Source: a virus (lineage: Duplodnaviria; Caudoviricetes). Taken from it: 53,386 nucleotides of DNA. Below are positions 1 to 9,808 of the stretch, piece by piece. The translations under genes and the position numbers were made by a program. Position 1 is the stretch's first letter. Every line of letters begins with the position of its first letter. The notes under the pieces are model-generated. The model did not search any database and was not told the DNA's origin. It saw only the letters and a program-made list of their open reading frames with translations. The stretch covers positions 1 through 53,386 of the IMG/VR virus record IMGVR_UViG_3300040807_002454. The stretch is one strand, 5' to 3'.

Positions 1-1109
1 TTATTATAGACAGCTTGCATTTCAGGTGAATTAGCTTTTGGTAATTCTTTAAACATGCCTGTCAAGCCATCAAATTCTAAAGGTAGTATTAGTCCTTCTT
101 TTCCTCTACGATTCTTTCTTACAAATAGGATTCTTTGATTATGCCCTAGTTTATTGATATCATAACCTCTATAATCATCTACTTCATATCTAGCAGGGTT
201 AAATAACATGATAACCGTTAAGGCATCATCTGCTGTTACTTTAATCTTACCTAAGTCTGTAATCTTAGGTTCAATTTTATGAAGTATTTGTCCTCCCTTA
301 TAGTTGTAGGCAGTAGTTTGAGATGCTGCCTCCCGTTGCTGGACTAAAATGGGAGAAGTCTGAAATATCAATGATAAACGTCGTCTAATATAGTATGCAG
401 ATAATTTCTCTGCACTCTCATACCATGTAAGACCTTGTTCAGGTCTCATAAGACCTAAATGATCAAACACTGGTACCACTATATGATTAGGATCATTGGG
501 TACATATGTAAAGTTCTTAGGTATTTCTTTCCAGTTATCATTTTGGATAGGATATTCTATTCCTTTTACATAAACAGTACCCTTCTTATATAATTCTCTA
601 CGACATGCTCTATAAAAGCCTCCAGGAGTAGGTTCATCTATTAAAATAACATGAGACATTATTTCTTGAACCCATTCTTCCCCTTTTAAGGTTAACTTTA
701 TTATCTCCTTATCTAAAGGCCTTTTAGAATAACCATTCAAGTCATTAAGAGTAACTCTCTTTTTATGTACTTGTTCTAGATATAAGACCATTAATCCATC
801 TTTAAACTCTTCTTCACTTTCTTCTAATCTATTCCATATTACTGTGAAGTTAAAATCTAATGTAGGATTATTCTTTTTAAAAAAGAAGGGTACAAATATA
901 CTTAAAAATTTTGTAAGTTTTGTCTTTCCTGTCCCTTTACTCGCTGCAATTACTGTAGAAGATTTAGGAATTAAACCAGGAAAGGCTTCTGAGAATCTAG
1001 GTAAAGATTCATAGAAGGGAATATAGTTAATCTTTCCTTGTAGCTTTTCTTCTCTAGCTTTATTATACCTATCATATAAGGGTGTCTTTTTTGGTTTGAT
1101 CTTGTACAT
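1..1109 (-). CDS. dnaB: DnaB-like superfamily 4 replicative helicase (C-terminus runs off window)
   Basis: Not in ORF track; read manually from ATG at 1109 (MYKIKPKKTPLYDRYNKAREEK...). Walker A AASKGTGKT, PVFDHLGL motif, ILVQQ, DDALTVIMLFNP, KNRRG arginine-finger motif. Confidence 0.8.
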   Translation of the reverse strand, partial: MYKIKPKKTPLYDRYNKAREEKLQGKINYIPFYESLPRFSEAFPGLIPKSSTVIAASKGTGKTKLTKFLSIFVPFFFKKNNPTLDFNFTVIWNRLEESEEEFKDGLMVLYLEQVHKKRVTLNDLNGYSKRPLDKEIIKLTLKGEEWVQEIMSHVILIDEPTPGGFYRACRRELYKKGTVYVKGIEYPIQNDNWKEIPKNFTYVPNDPNHIVVPVFDHLGLMRPEQGLTWYESAEKLSAYYIRRRLSLIFQTSPILVQQREAASQTTAYNYKGGQILHKIEPKITDLGKIKVTADDALTVIMLFNPARYEVDDYRGYDINKLGHNQRILFVRKNRRGKEGLILPLEFDGLTGMFKELPKANSPEMQAVYN

Positions 1110-1659
1110 CGTTTTTATCTGTTAGGTTATCTACCCACATAGCTAAATCAGATTCTACTACTCCATTTTTCTCTTGTAGGATGAAGTTTCCCATACGTTT
1201 TAAAGCACGGTCTGAAGTTTTACAATCATCTATATAAGCTTTACAGGCCATAGGGATTAGCTCTACATCTAAATGAGGATATTTGATTCTCCATTTCCCA
1301 ATTAATTCACTAATACTTTGAGGATCACCATGGTAATGGGAATATCCACTGTATTGTTTCTTAAAATACCCACGAGCTTTCTCTACTACATTGCCTAAGT
1401 TAGATATAAATGTAGCATAAATAGGTTTTATAAAGTTTATTCTGGTATGTTCTCCAGAATATAAATCTATATGTCCTTCGTTATAAAATTTCAAGACAAT
1501 TTCATTAATAACATCATGAAGTTGTTTCTTAAATTGAAATCCATGTTTAGGTTCTGTTATAAAATCATATAGATTTCCTCCTTCTGTACTTGCTAAAATT
1601 ACAAATTTAGCTAACCACCGTCTTTCAGGCGATATACACTCTAATAATTCTTCATTCAT
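1072..1659 (-). CDS. hypothetical replication-module protein
   Basis: 195-aa ORF overlapping the two flanking helicase genes; no motif recognised. Confidence 0.6.
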   Translation of the reverse strand: MNEELLECISPERRWLAKFVILASTEGGNLYDFITEPKHGFQFKKQLHDVINEIVLKFYNEGHIDLYSGEHTRINFIKPIYATFISNLGNVVEKARGYFKKQYSGYSHYHGDPQSISELIGKWRIKYPHLDVELIPMACKAYIDDCKTSDRALKRMGNFILQEKNGVVESDLAMWVDNLTDKNDVQDQTKKDTLI

Positions 1660-3113
1660 AATTTAAAATTAGGGAGACTTAAAGCTAAGGATGGTATTTC
1701 TCTAACTATATTCAAGTCCATTTTTCCTATTAATTTTTTATCTGTGCCATAAATATATTGCATAGATTCAAACCATGCTTCTTCATACGTATTTATAGTT
1801 CTAAATACATATAAATTGGCAGTCTTTTTTAATTTACCATCTGTCCGCCATGTTCGAGCTACTTTCTGACTCATAGGGGTATGTTTAGATCCATATGATA
1901 GTAATATACCATTATCTACATTATCTAGTGTCATACCTCTTCCTATAGCCTTAGACGATGCTATTTCGGTTATTTCACCTCTATTAAACTTTTCAAAGAG
2001 TACCTTAGACTCTACTCTTGTAGTAAGCCAAATACTTTTTGCAGTCTCATACTCTGTTTGAGTAATGAATTTTTCTTTAAGCTCTAGTAAATGACGTTTT
2101 AGATACCTAAACACATCTTGTCCATCCTTTTTTACTTTCTTTTTATTATAAAAGATATTGTCTACTACAAAGGATGATGACGCCTTACTAGTAACTACAT
2201 TAGGAGTAATTAAGTTTAATAAAGCTAATCGTTCAGAAAAAATAATAGTCTTTCCGGGCAGTAACTTAAGTAATTTCTTAGCTGCTACTGCTTTAGATGG
2301 TAAATTATATAAAAATCTACTCATCTGTTGTCCTATTACTTGTTTAGCTCTAGTAGGAGTATATTGGTATTGTATAGCTCCTTTCTTTTTTGCATACCAT
2401 TCCTTTTCAGTATATTTAGGAACAATTTCTTTTTTGGTTTTTTTTCGGGATCTGTACCAAATTCTTTTATGAGTATCATCAAGAGTATGGTTTATGATGA
2501 TTGTTTGCATATCTGCAATAATACCATCTAGAACTGCTTGTTCTCGGGTATACCTATAAGATACAGGTAAATAAATCTCAATCAATTGTCCTTTAGTAAT
2601 TAAATGAGTTACTTTACCCATTCTTGTAGAAGCATCTGATTGAACTAATCCAGTTTGCTCTGCTATATCTTTGAATACATATTCTCCTGCTGATTCTGTT
2701 CCTGTAAGACCTAGTTTGTAACGTGCTGGAGATTGAGTAAGATTTCTCATGTATTCAGGGGTGAGGGTAGCATCAAGCTCATCATAAACATCAAACGTTC
2801 TTGGGTGCCTAGGAATACTTTGATAGCACCAGAACTCAAGGTTAAAATCTTTTAAAGGATTTTTTCCATACACAGATTCAAAGACACTAGCTTCTTTTTT
2901 TAAATTAGAGCCTTGGTCTTTAGTAAAGGAAAAGATAAAAATAGGATCAGTATTAGTAATCCATCCTAATGTTAAAGCTCTGTAAAAGGCTTTATACATT
3001 ATGAAACTCTTACCAACCCCTTGAGAGATGATGAGAGAGGAGTTGCCCCCTCTCTCAATCCAAGATTCAAGCCCTTCCTCTTGAATCTTATTTCTTTTTG
3101 TAGATACTTCCAT
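1656..3113 (-). CDS. superfamily 2 (ResIII/UvsW-like) helicase
   Basis: Motifs QGVGKS (I), YDELD (II), GLTGT (III), IGRGMTL (V), QKVARTWR (VI). Confidence 0.8.
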   Translation of the reverse strand: MEVSTKRNKIQEEGLESWIERGGNSSLIISQGVGKSFIMYKAFYRALTLGWITNTDPIFIFSFTKDQGSNLKKEASVFESVYGKNPLKDFNLEFWCYQSIPRHPRTFDVYDELDATLTPEYMRNLTQSPARYKLGLTGTESAGEYVFKDIAEQTGLVQSDASTRMGKVTHLITKGQLIEIYLPVSYRYTREQAVLDGIIADMQTIIINHTLDDTHKRIWYRSRKKTKKEIVPKYTEKEWYAKKKGAIQYQYTPTRAKQVIGQQMSRFLYNLPSKAVAAKKLLKLLPGKTIIFSERLALLNLITPNVVTSKASSSFVVDNIFYNKKKVKKDGQDVFRYLKRHLLELKEKFITQTEYETAKSIWLTTRVESKVLFEKFNRGEITEIASSKAIGRGMTLDNVDNGILLSYGSKHTPMSQKVARTWRTDGKLKKTANLYVFRTINTYEEAWFESMQYIYGTDKKLIGKMDLNIVREIPSLALSLPNFKL

Positions 3114-3561
3114 TTGCTTTAATTTTCAAAATGGTTCTTGGGTCTACTAATTTAAACTCTCCTTTAGAAGTATATACTTCAATATACCCATTGTTATTCT
3201 TGTTTCGACTTGCTTTCAATGAGTAAGTTCTTTCTCCACTCGCTGCTTTCCATGTTACTGTTTGGAATTTTCCGCTTGGATCCATGAATATCTGTTGTAA
3301 TTTAGTTTTATTAACAGATATTACTTCTTTTTTCTGTTTAGGAATTGTATAAGTACGATACTTACCATTATCCCTAAATTGTAAATTCTTGATAAGTCCA
3401 TTACTACAGAGAAGATCCATAGTACCAGATACAAGTGATTGGTTCCACTTGACAGTATCATAAATACTGATAAGTCGATTCTTGACTTCTAAAGTAGTAA
3501 TTTCTCCTCTTAAAGAGATTAATTCTTTTACCACTTTTCTAATGATCTTAGTTACATTCAT
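3088..3561 (-). CDS. hypothetical protein (possible winged helix plus SH3/WYL-like C-terminal domain)
   Basis: Basic 157-aa ORF; C-terminal GKFQTVTW...ERT...FKLVDPRTILKIKANG pattern resembles phage SH3-like proteins (judged by eye). Confidence 0.5.
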   Translation of the reverse strand: MNVTKIIRKVVKELISLRGEITTLEVKNRLISIYDTVKWNQSLVSGTMDLLCSNGLIKNLQFRDNGKYRTYTIPKQKKEVISVNKTKLQQIFMDPSGKFQTVTWKAASGERTYSLKASRNKNNNGYIEVYTSKGEFKLVDPRTILKIKANGSIYKKK

Positions 3562-3569
3562 AATTAAAT

Positions 3570-4697
3570 TTATTTAAACCAAATAATATAATCAATAACT
3601 ACTTGATCTTCTTTGTAGAAAATTAATTCAGAGGACAGTAAACCATCACCAGAATGTACATACAAAGAATCACAATTACGTTTCTTCATCCCTTGATAAG
3701 ACATTTCACTTCTAGAAATGTCTTTTCCGTCTCTATACCATCCTTTATACTCATATTGTTTGCCTATATGACAATTAGATATGAGAAATAAAGCATCAGG
3801 GTCATTACCTACATATCCTAATGATTTCCCTGTATCCTTGCTCATATAAATACCATCACCATATGCTGCACCTGAAATATACGCAGCATTAGTTGGACGA
3901 ATCATAAGCCCAGATTTAAGAATAGAGAAAATATTAGGACAACGAGTGCCATGAAATAAATGTTCTGTAACAGGATTTTTTTGATCTTTAATCCAATTTT
4001 CAAATCGTTCTAAACGTGGCGTAGCTAGTTTAAAGCATTTATAAATGTCTCTACGCCTATAACCCGTATTGGTTGCTTCTATTTTATCACGTAACCACGT
4101 AGGCGGTTGATCTAACTCTTTAAACTCAATGTTCAAATCTTCATATGGATTAACTGTATTAATGACATTAGCTGAATCCATACCATCTAATGCATTTTGC
4201 TCCCTAGCTAACAAAGTATTTTTTTGAGCTACATCACTAATGAGATAGTCAGATACTTTACCCATTCTTCTAGGAATTACTTTGTATAATTCTTCTAATC
4301 TACTGTTTATCTTTTTTACTTTCTTAAGGGCAGTAATTTCATCAAGAAGTTTTTGTGCTTCTTGTATTTGTTGCGGTGTAGTAGTATCTACTAAATAAGA
4401 AGAGGATACTGATCCTTTAGTGTATTTAGAAAAGACTTGATAAAAGTTATCAAAGTCTGTATTACCTGATTTAGACTGTACAACAGTCTTTACAGCTTTC
4501 AAATCACTAATATCCTTATACCCTTTTCTTAATTTACTAGAGATAGTCCGACCCCATCTAGACATGGGATATGTCTTTGTAGTTTCATGTCCTCCTACTC
4601 GCCCATATTTAACAATAAATTCAGATCCATTCTGAATCATATTATAATATTTATTGTTATTCTTGTCTCCTGCTACAAAAATTAAAAACTTTTTCAT
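3570..4697 (-). CDS. poly(ADP-ribose) polymerase (WGR + helical regulatory + PARP catalytic domains)
   Basis: WGR: NKYY...YGRVG...KLRKGY. Regulatory: LYKVIPR. Catalytic: LFHGT, GAAYGDGIYMS, KSLGY, SELIFY (H-Y-E triad intact). Confidence 0.9.
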   Translation of the reverse strand: MKKFLIFVAGDKNNNKYYNMIQNGSEFIVKYGRVGGHETTKTYPMSRWGRTISSKLRKGYKDISDLKAVKTVVQSKSGNTDFDNFYQVFSKYTKGSVSSSYLVDTTTPQQIQEAQKLLDEITALKKVKKINSRLEELYKVIPRRMGKVSDYLISDVAQKNTLLAREQNALDGMDSANVINTVNPYEDLNIEFKELDQPPTWLRDKIEATNTGYRRRDIYKCFKLATPRLERFENWIKDQKNPVTEHLFHGTRCPNIFSILKSGLMIRPTNAAYISGAAYGDGIYMSKDTGKSLGYVGNDPDALFLISNCHIGKQYEYKGWYRDGKDISRSEMSYQGMKKRNCDSLYVHSGDGLLSSELIFYKEDQVVIDYIIWFK

Positions 4698-4915
4698 AAT
4701 AGGTAAACTTCATATAAATAGCCCCCTCCACTTTTACCATGTTTCCAATGTACTTTAAGTTGTAGTGTATCAACATTTTCTAGTACATCTAATACATCTC
4801 CCGGGAAGTAATGGTTACTATTTAAAAATAGTTTGAAAACATTCCTAGTGGAATCATAAAGAATCCACCAGAAATATACTATAGCATAAATGATTATTAT
4901 ATTTTCTAACACCAT
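4694..4915 (-). CDS. small protein with N-terminal hydrophobic helix
   Basis: 4-nt overlap with the PARP start; hydrophobic IIIIYAIVYFWWIL. Confidence 0.5.
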   Translation of the reverse strand: MVLENIIIIYAIVYFWWILYDSTRNVFKLFLNSNHYFPGDVLDVLENVDTLQLKVHWKHGKSGGGYLYEVYLL

Positions 4916-4925
4916 AGAGTTATTG

Positions 4926-5123
4926 TTATATATTAAAGTAGTTTAAGAAAAAGATTTGAATAGTCCAATAAAATACTTCTAATATAAGAAATATAGTTAC
5001 ACTACCTAATTGTATTTCTAGAAAAGTAGGTACTTCATTACTTTTAAATACCTCAAAACCCCATATTAAACTTAATATTAGACTTATTAGAATAAAGACT
5101 CCAATGTGATTTAATAAAGTCAT
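4926..5123 (-). CDS. small two-TM membrane protein
   Basis: Two hydrophobic segments; co-oriented with neighbours. Confidence 0.55.
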   Translation of the reverse strand: MTLLNHIGVFILISLILSLIWGFEVFKSNEVPTFLEIQLGSVTIFLILEVFYWTIQIFFLNYFNI

Positions 5124-5204
5124 TTTTCTTCATTTGTGATTAGAAAGAAGGAGAGGGGTACTTACTACCCACTCTCCCTCGAAACTAAATACGGATTCTT
5201 AATT

Positions 5205-5432
5205 TTATACTAATGTATACTCAATGTCTATTGTAACTGGCTCATAAATAGTATCTACAATTTTTTCAAATGGATAATTAATATGTCTCAACCATCTAAA
5301 GAAAGCTATTCCAAACATAGACTTAGATATACGTTTACCTTTAACATTCTGTGTATAAAAGGCGTATAACTCTAACATAACTTGCTCTTCTGGAGAACCA
5401 ACTTCATATCCAAAATTTCCAAATTGAAACAT
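5205..5432 (-). CDS. hypothetical protein
   Basis: 75-aa co-oriented ORF downstream of polA. Confidence 0.5.
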   Translation of the reverse strand: MFQFGNFGYEVGSPEEQVMLELYAFYTQNVKGKRISKSMFGIAFFRWLRHINYPFEKIVDTIYEPVTIDIEYTLV

Positions 5433-5448
5433 ACTGTATAGTTTTAAT

Positions 5449-7671
5449 TTAATGTACCCAACAAGATGCTACTTCACAGTCTGCATCCATAGGAACATCG
5501 CTACATAAATAAGTACCAGCTCTCTTCATAGCCTCTTCAATTATAGGAGCATGTTCTTCTAAACCAATACAGTTTAGTTCGTCATGTACAGGAATGACCA
5601 TCTGTAAGTCTAAATCCTCTTCTAATATTCTATTATAAAGAATAGTCATTGCTATCTTTGTCATAGTACTACTTAATCCTTGTACAGGGGTATTAAGACC
5701 ACGCCTTTCCGCTTTTCCTTTATAAGACATATATTCTTTCCATATTTTACTCCACTCAGTTTCTGTTCTAAGTCTTAATTTTTCTTCTGGTGGAATTCTT
5801 TGCCCCTCATGATAAGAGGTAAGCCTATATGCTTGTTTTTTTAATTCCTTCATTCTTTCAAAATAAGGAAAGAAATATCGTTTATCTATAGGTTTTTTGG
5901 GTGACGAGGATATAACTGAATATCCTTTCTCAAGAATAAACTTTTTACGCTTATGGAAAGATCTGTCCAATCCTTCAAAGCCTCCAAAATATGCATTATA
6001 TAATTCTTCAGCCTCTTCTTCAGTAATCCCTAATCGTTTAGCTAACGTAAAAGGGGATCCTCCGAATTGTAAGAGAAAGGAAATAGTTTTACTATGACCT
6101 CGTTCTTTAGAATGTTCATTAGTAAAATCTGGAGAAGACTTAGGAGGTACCATGTAATGAGGGTCTTCCCTCATAATTCGTTGAATATTAGTAGCAGCGA
6201 ATGAATGATAGTCTGAATCAAAAGCATTAGGTACCAAAAAGAAATCTTTCATCTTTTGATTATTATGAACTTCTGCTGCAACTCTAATTTCTTGTTGTGC
6301 ATAATCACACGATAACCACTTCTTACCTTTAGGTGCTATAAAACAATCTCTAAAGTCTTTAGTAGCAGGGATTTGCTGAATATTTGGGGATGTGGAACTA
6401 AGTCGATTAGTAATCATATACTGATTAAATCGACTATGTACTTTTTTGGTTATGGGATGTATATATTTTAGCCAATCTTTACCAAAAGTAGTTACTAATT
6501 GTTCACTACGTTTATATAGTAAATAGGCTAAACATAAAGTATCAGCATCTGTTATAGGTACATCTTTTTGCTTAAAATATGCACCTTTTAATTTAGCAGG
6601 TAATTCATCTAGTAAATGAGTAGCTCCCACTGTCCATTCGAGTCTATTTGTACTCTTAGACTTAACTCGTAATGCCAGATCGTATTTCTTAAATAGAGGA
6701 AGCACCTGTTTAGAAGAACTCCACTGAATTAAACAGTGAGCTTTGTAATTAAATAAATCTATAGTTCCTGTAAATTCAGGGTGATTTTCTTCTACATAAG
6801 TATTAAGTATTTCTAAACGTCTTTCTGCTCTTTTCTTATTCTTTTCATATGTCTCTAACCATCTCTCTACATCTATATTAAAGCCATGGTAAGTAATGTT
6901 TGCTAATACTTGTGTAAAATTAGATTCAAATCTAATGTCAAAATTAGGTTTATATAACCCTGTAGTAGTAAGTCGTCCTCTTCGTTGTATCCCATAAATA
7001 TCCAATACCATTCTACTATCTTCAACTCCATATTTAATTTGTTTAATTGTAAAAGGTTTATCACCCCAATTTACAAACTGCATACGAGTTGATTTATCTA
7101 AATACGAAGATTCTATTAGTTGCATAGCCTCTTCATCTGAATGGAATCTAATAAGTCTTGTAAATTCAGCACTAATAGTATTATCAAATAAACTATTGTC
7201 AGAAATGTCCTTTATATTTAGGTATCTATTAGCTAAAGCTGCTAAGGAATATTTTATAAATAATCCATTATATAATACCTTTTCAGCCAGCATGGTATCC
7301 CAAATGTTTACAATTCTCATACCATAATGGAGAAAGTGTAATCCTTCAAACTGTGCATTATGTATTACTTTTAGATAATTCTGACTCTCTAAAATCTCTC
7401 TAAAAGGTTCTAGATTTATTACTCTTGCATCTATGACATAATCTCTATTACCTGCTGAAAATTGTACCATACATATTCTACTTAGATAAGGATCTAAGCC
7501 AGGTTTATACACCTTAGATACATATTTATGTCTATCAAATTTCCTACTTGTTTCTATATCTAGTCCTATTACCTGATGCCCTCTCAAATATTCAAGACAG
7601 TCATCTACACTAGAAGATTTGATTTCTTCCTCTTCATAATCTATGAGAGTGTTACCTATAAAGTAAATCAT
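5449..7671 (-). CDS. polA: family A DNA polymerase with 3'-5' exonuclease domain
   Basis: ExoI GLDIET, ExoII HNAQFE, TNRLSSTSPNIQQIP, motif A CDYAQQEIR, motif B RGHSKTISF..QFGG, NTPVQG, motif C VHDEL. Confidence 0.95.
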   Translation of the reverse strand: MIYFIGNTLIDYEEEEIKSSSVDDCLEYLRGHQVIGLDIETSRKFDRHKYVSKVYKPGLDPYLSRICMVQFSAGNRDYVIDARVINLEPFREILESQNYLKVIHNAQFEGLHFLHYGMRIVNIWDTMLAEKVLYNGLFIKYSLAALANRYLNIKDISDNSLFDNTISAEFTRLIRFHSDEEAMQLIESSYLDKSTRMQFVNWGDKPFTIKQIKYGVEDSRMVLDIYGIQRRGRLTTTGLYKPNFDIRFESNFTQVLANITYHGFNIDVERWLETYEKNKKRAERRLEILNTYVEENHPEFTGTIDLFNYKAHCLIQWSSSKQVLPLFKKYDLALRVKSKSTNRLEWTVGATHLLDELPAKLKGAYFKQKDVPITDADTLCLAYLLYKRSEQLVTTFGKDWLKYIHPITKKVHSRFNQYMITNRLSSTSPNIQQIPATKDFRDCFIAPKGKKWLSCDYAQQEIRVAAEVHNNQKMKDFFLVPNAFDSDYHSFAATNIQRIMREDPHYMVPPKSSPDFTNEHSKERGHSKTISFLLQFGGSPFTLAKRLGITEEEAEELYNAYFGGFEGLDRSFHKRKKFILEKGYSVISSSPKKPIDKRYFFPYFERMKELKKQAYRLTSYHEGQRIPPEEKLRLRTETEWSKIWKEYMSYKGKAERRGLNTPVQGLSSTMTKIAMTILYNRILEEDLDLQMVIPVHDELNCIGLEEHAPIIEEAMKRAGTYLCSDVPMDADCEVASCWVH

Positions 7672-8021
7672 ATAACTGTAACTATTTTACCATTTTTAAT
7701 AACCAATGTCTGGCCATTTCCATTGGGGAATTCTCCATCATTAGGTAGTACTTCGTAAATATCCAAAAAAGTTCTAGTAATTAAAAAATCTTCAATCTCT
7801 TTTTTACTAAAATTTTTATATCGTACTAAATATTGTACAATAGCATGATCAGTAATATGAATATCTTTATTCTGTCCTTTGTTTATCCTGGTCTGTAATG
7901 TCAACTGCCTTGTTCTAAGTCTATTTAACTTAGTTTTAAGCTGATTTAACTCATAGGTTAAAGCCTCGATACTTGTATTCGTATTTCTTAATTCCTTTTT
8001 TAGAATTGTTATTTTTTTCAT
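7668..8021 (-). CDS. coiled coil plus putative RelE/BECR-like domain protein
   Basis: N-terminal heptads, then ITDHAIVQYLVR...KIVTVI pattern typical of small BECR-fold domains. Confidence 0.45.
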   Translation of the reverse strand: MKKITILKKELRNTNTSIEALTYELNQLKTKLNRLRTRQLTLQTRINKGQNKDIHITDHAIVQYLVRYKNFSKKEIEDFLITRTFLDIYEVLPNDGEFPNGNGQTLVIKNGKIVTVI

Positions 8022-8081
8022 TTTTTTTCATTGTCTCTAGTTAAATAAGGGAGGAAGCATCTATATCTTCCTCCCTATAAA

Positions 8082-8471
8082 TTAAGCTAATAAAGCTAAC
8101 ATTTCTTGCAAACTCAGTATCTCTTTTTCTACTCCTTTTATTTGAGCTTCGAGGTTCAATTGTTCCTCTTTAGCATCATTTATTTTATTTTTTTCCTCTA
8201 ATATATCATCAATCCACTGTTTCGGAGTTTTGATAGTTTTACTGCCAAAAATGTTTACTTTACTACTTACAAGACATTTTGCAGCTTTACTCTCTTTTCT
8301 TTTTACTTTTGTCACCTCTAATTTCAGTTGAGGTATTACAGATGTCTGCCTAATGGCAATTTCCGATTCAAGAAAAATACGTGTATCCTCCTGAAAATCA
8401 GATACTTGATCTTCCAAAATAGCACGTTCACTTTTATTCTTGTTCGCTAGTACTTTGTCTTTAAAGTTCAT
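8082..8471 (-). CDS. coiled-coil protein, paralog of 9399-9806
   Basis: Shares QV.DFQEDT...LE.EI..R.T..IPQLKLE with 9399-9806. Confidence 0.7.
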   Translation of the reverse strand: MNFKDKVLANKNKSERAILEDQVSDFQEDTRIFLESEIAIRQTSVIPQLKLEVTKVKRKESKAAKCLVSSKVNIFGSKTIKTPKQWIDDILEEKNKINDAKEEQLNLEAQIKGVEKEILSLQEMLALLA

Positions 8472-9217
8472 TTGAATTTAATTTTTAACATATGATCCCA
8501 TTTAGTAACACATTTAGATGCTACTACTCTAGGACTCTTATTGAAGGATATTAAAGGTTCTTTATAATATTCTCTATCTATCGTCAATTCTTCTCTTTCC
8601 TGTAGTTGTTCATTATTAGAAGGCGCTAAGTATTTGGCAAAAAAGAAAGACTCAGGCGTACTCTTATATACAGTATCAAATGAACCTCCCGTTGCTCTAC
8701 CTTTATTATTAATGTTATAAAAGGGAAAGTTATATTTAAATGTACTTCCTCCTAAAACATTATAAAACTGTCTAAAAGAAGAATAGATTAGTTTATCATC
8801 CATCCTAATAGATATTGCTTTAGGTACCTCTATTATATCAAAATGGCCATCACTATATACATACTCATACTCATTTAAATAATTGGCAGCATCCAATCTA
8901 AAAGAGTGGAAAGTACCTATCATTTTATCCATTTTCTTAGCCCAGTTGTATTTTGATCTCTTTATTCTACCTATAACTCGATGGGTACAAATATCACTAC
9001 GAAGAGGTATATATTGTAATTTAGATATTAAACCTAAGTTTATCTCCCATACTCTATCATTACCTTCTAGAACAATTTTGCTTTCATCTACACTGAAAGA
9101 TTTTATCTGTACTTTGTAAGGGTAAGTTACACAACTTCCTCCGATTCTACACTTATCTAAATTATGTAGTATCATTACATCCCCAGGACTAACTTTATAG
9201 ATATCATTAATATCCAT
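8468..9217 (-). CDS. hypothetical protein, paralog of 9809-10423
   Basis: Start moved to ATG 9217 (MDINDIY) to avoid overlap; shares YPY and NW.K.MDK.IG with 9809-10423. Confidence 0.6.
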   Translation of the reverse strand: MDINDIYKVSPGDVMILHNLDKCRIGGSCVTYPYKVQIKSFSVDESKIVLEGNDRVWEINLGLISKLQYIPLRSDICTHRVIGRIKRSKYNWAKKMDKMIGTFHSFRLDAANYLNEYEYVYSDGHFDIIEVPKAISIRMDDKLIYSSFRQFYNVLGGSTFKYNFPFYNINNKGRATGGSFDTVYKSTPESFFFAKYLAPSNNEQLQEREELTIDREYYKEPLISFNKSPRVVASKCVTKWDHMLKIKFK

Positions 9218-9219
9218 AT

Positions 9220-9402
9220 CTAATAGTTTAGATTTAGAAATTCTTTGAAGGCTTTCGAGGGATCCTCTGGTAACCTTCTTAATGAGAAATACCAAGCTGT
9301 AAATCTTTTGTTCATTTCTTCTTCTGTTTCAGTATGCTTTACTGATATTTCTACCTGACGCTCTGTTACTGCGTCAACAAAAGATATCTGAAAGGTATTC
9401 AT
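9220..9402 (-). CDS. hypothetical protein
   Basis: 60-aa ORF, ATGA-coupled to 9399-9806. Confidence 0.5.
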   Translation of the reverse strand: MNTFQISFVDAVTERQVEISVKHTETEEEMNKRFTAWYFSLRRLPEDPSKAFKEFLNLNY

Positions 9403-9806
9403 ATTAAGTCTTCTTTGAAAGTCTCTAATGTAATTATCTCTCCTTCAATTTCATCAATCTTTCTTTCAAGAGAGGTTACAAGACTTAATGCATCAGTAAT
9501 TACATCTAATGCATCTTTACGATTAGATATATAACCCAGAGGTGTATATGGGTCTGTACTCCCGGGTTTAAATACAGCAGTAGCTGTCTTTTCGTATCTA
9601 AGTTTAGCTTTATCTAAAGCTCTAAGAGCCCTATCTAACTCTAACTTTAATTGAGGAATAGTAATAGTTTTTCTGCTCATGATTTCTCCTTCTAATAATA
9701 GAAGAGTATCTTCTTGGAAATCCTGCACTTGTTCTAATTGTAAATCGGCATCAGTTTTGTTTAACTCCGTTTTAACACGATTTAAAAATGATATTTTCTT
9801 TGGCAT
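9399..9806 (-). CDS. coiled-coil protein, paralog of 8082-8471
   Basis: Shared DFQEDT and IPQLKLE blocks. Confidence 0.7.
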   Translation of the reverse strand: MPKKISFLNRVKTELNKTDADLQLEQVQDFQEDTLLLLEGEIMSRKTITIPQLKLELDRALRALDKAKLRYEKTATAVFKPGSTDPYTPLGYISNRKDALDVITDALSLVTSLERKIDEIEGEIITLETFKEDLI

Positions 9807-9808
9807 GA

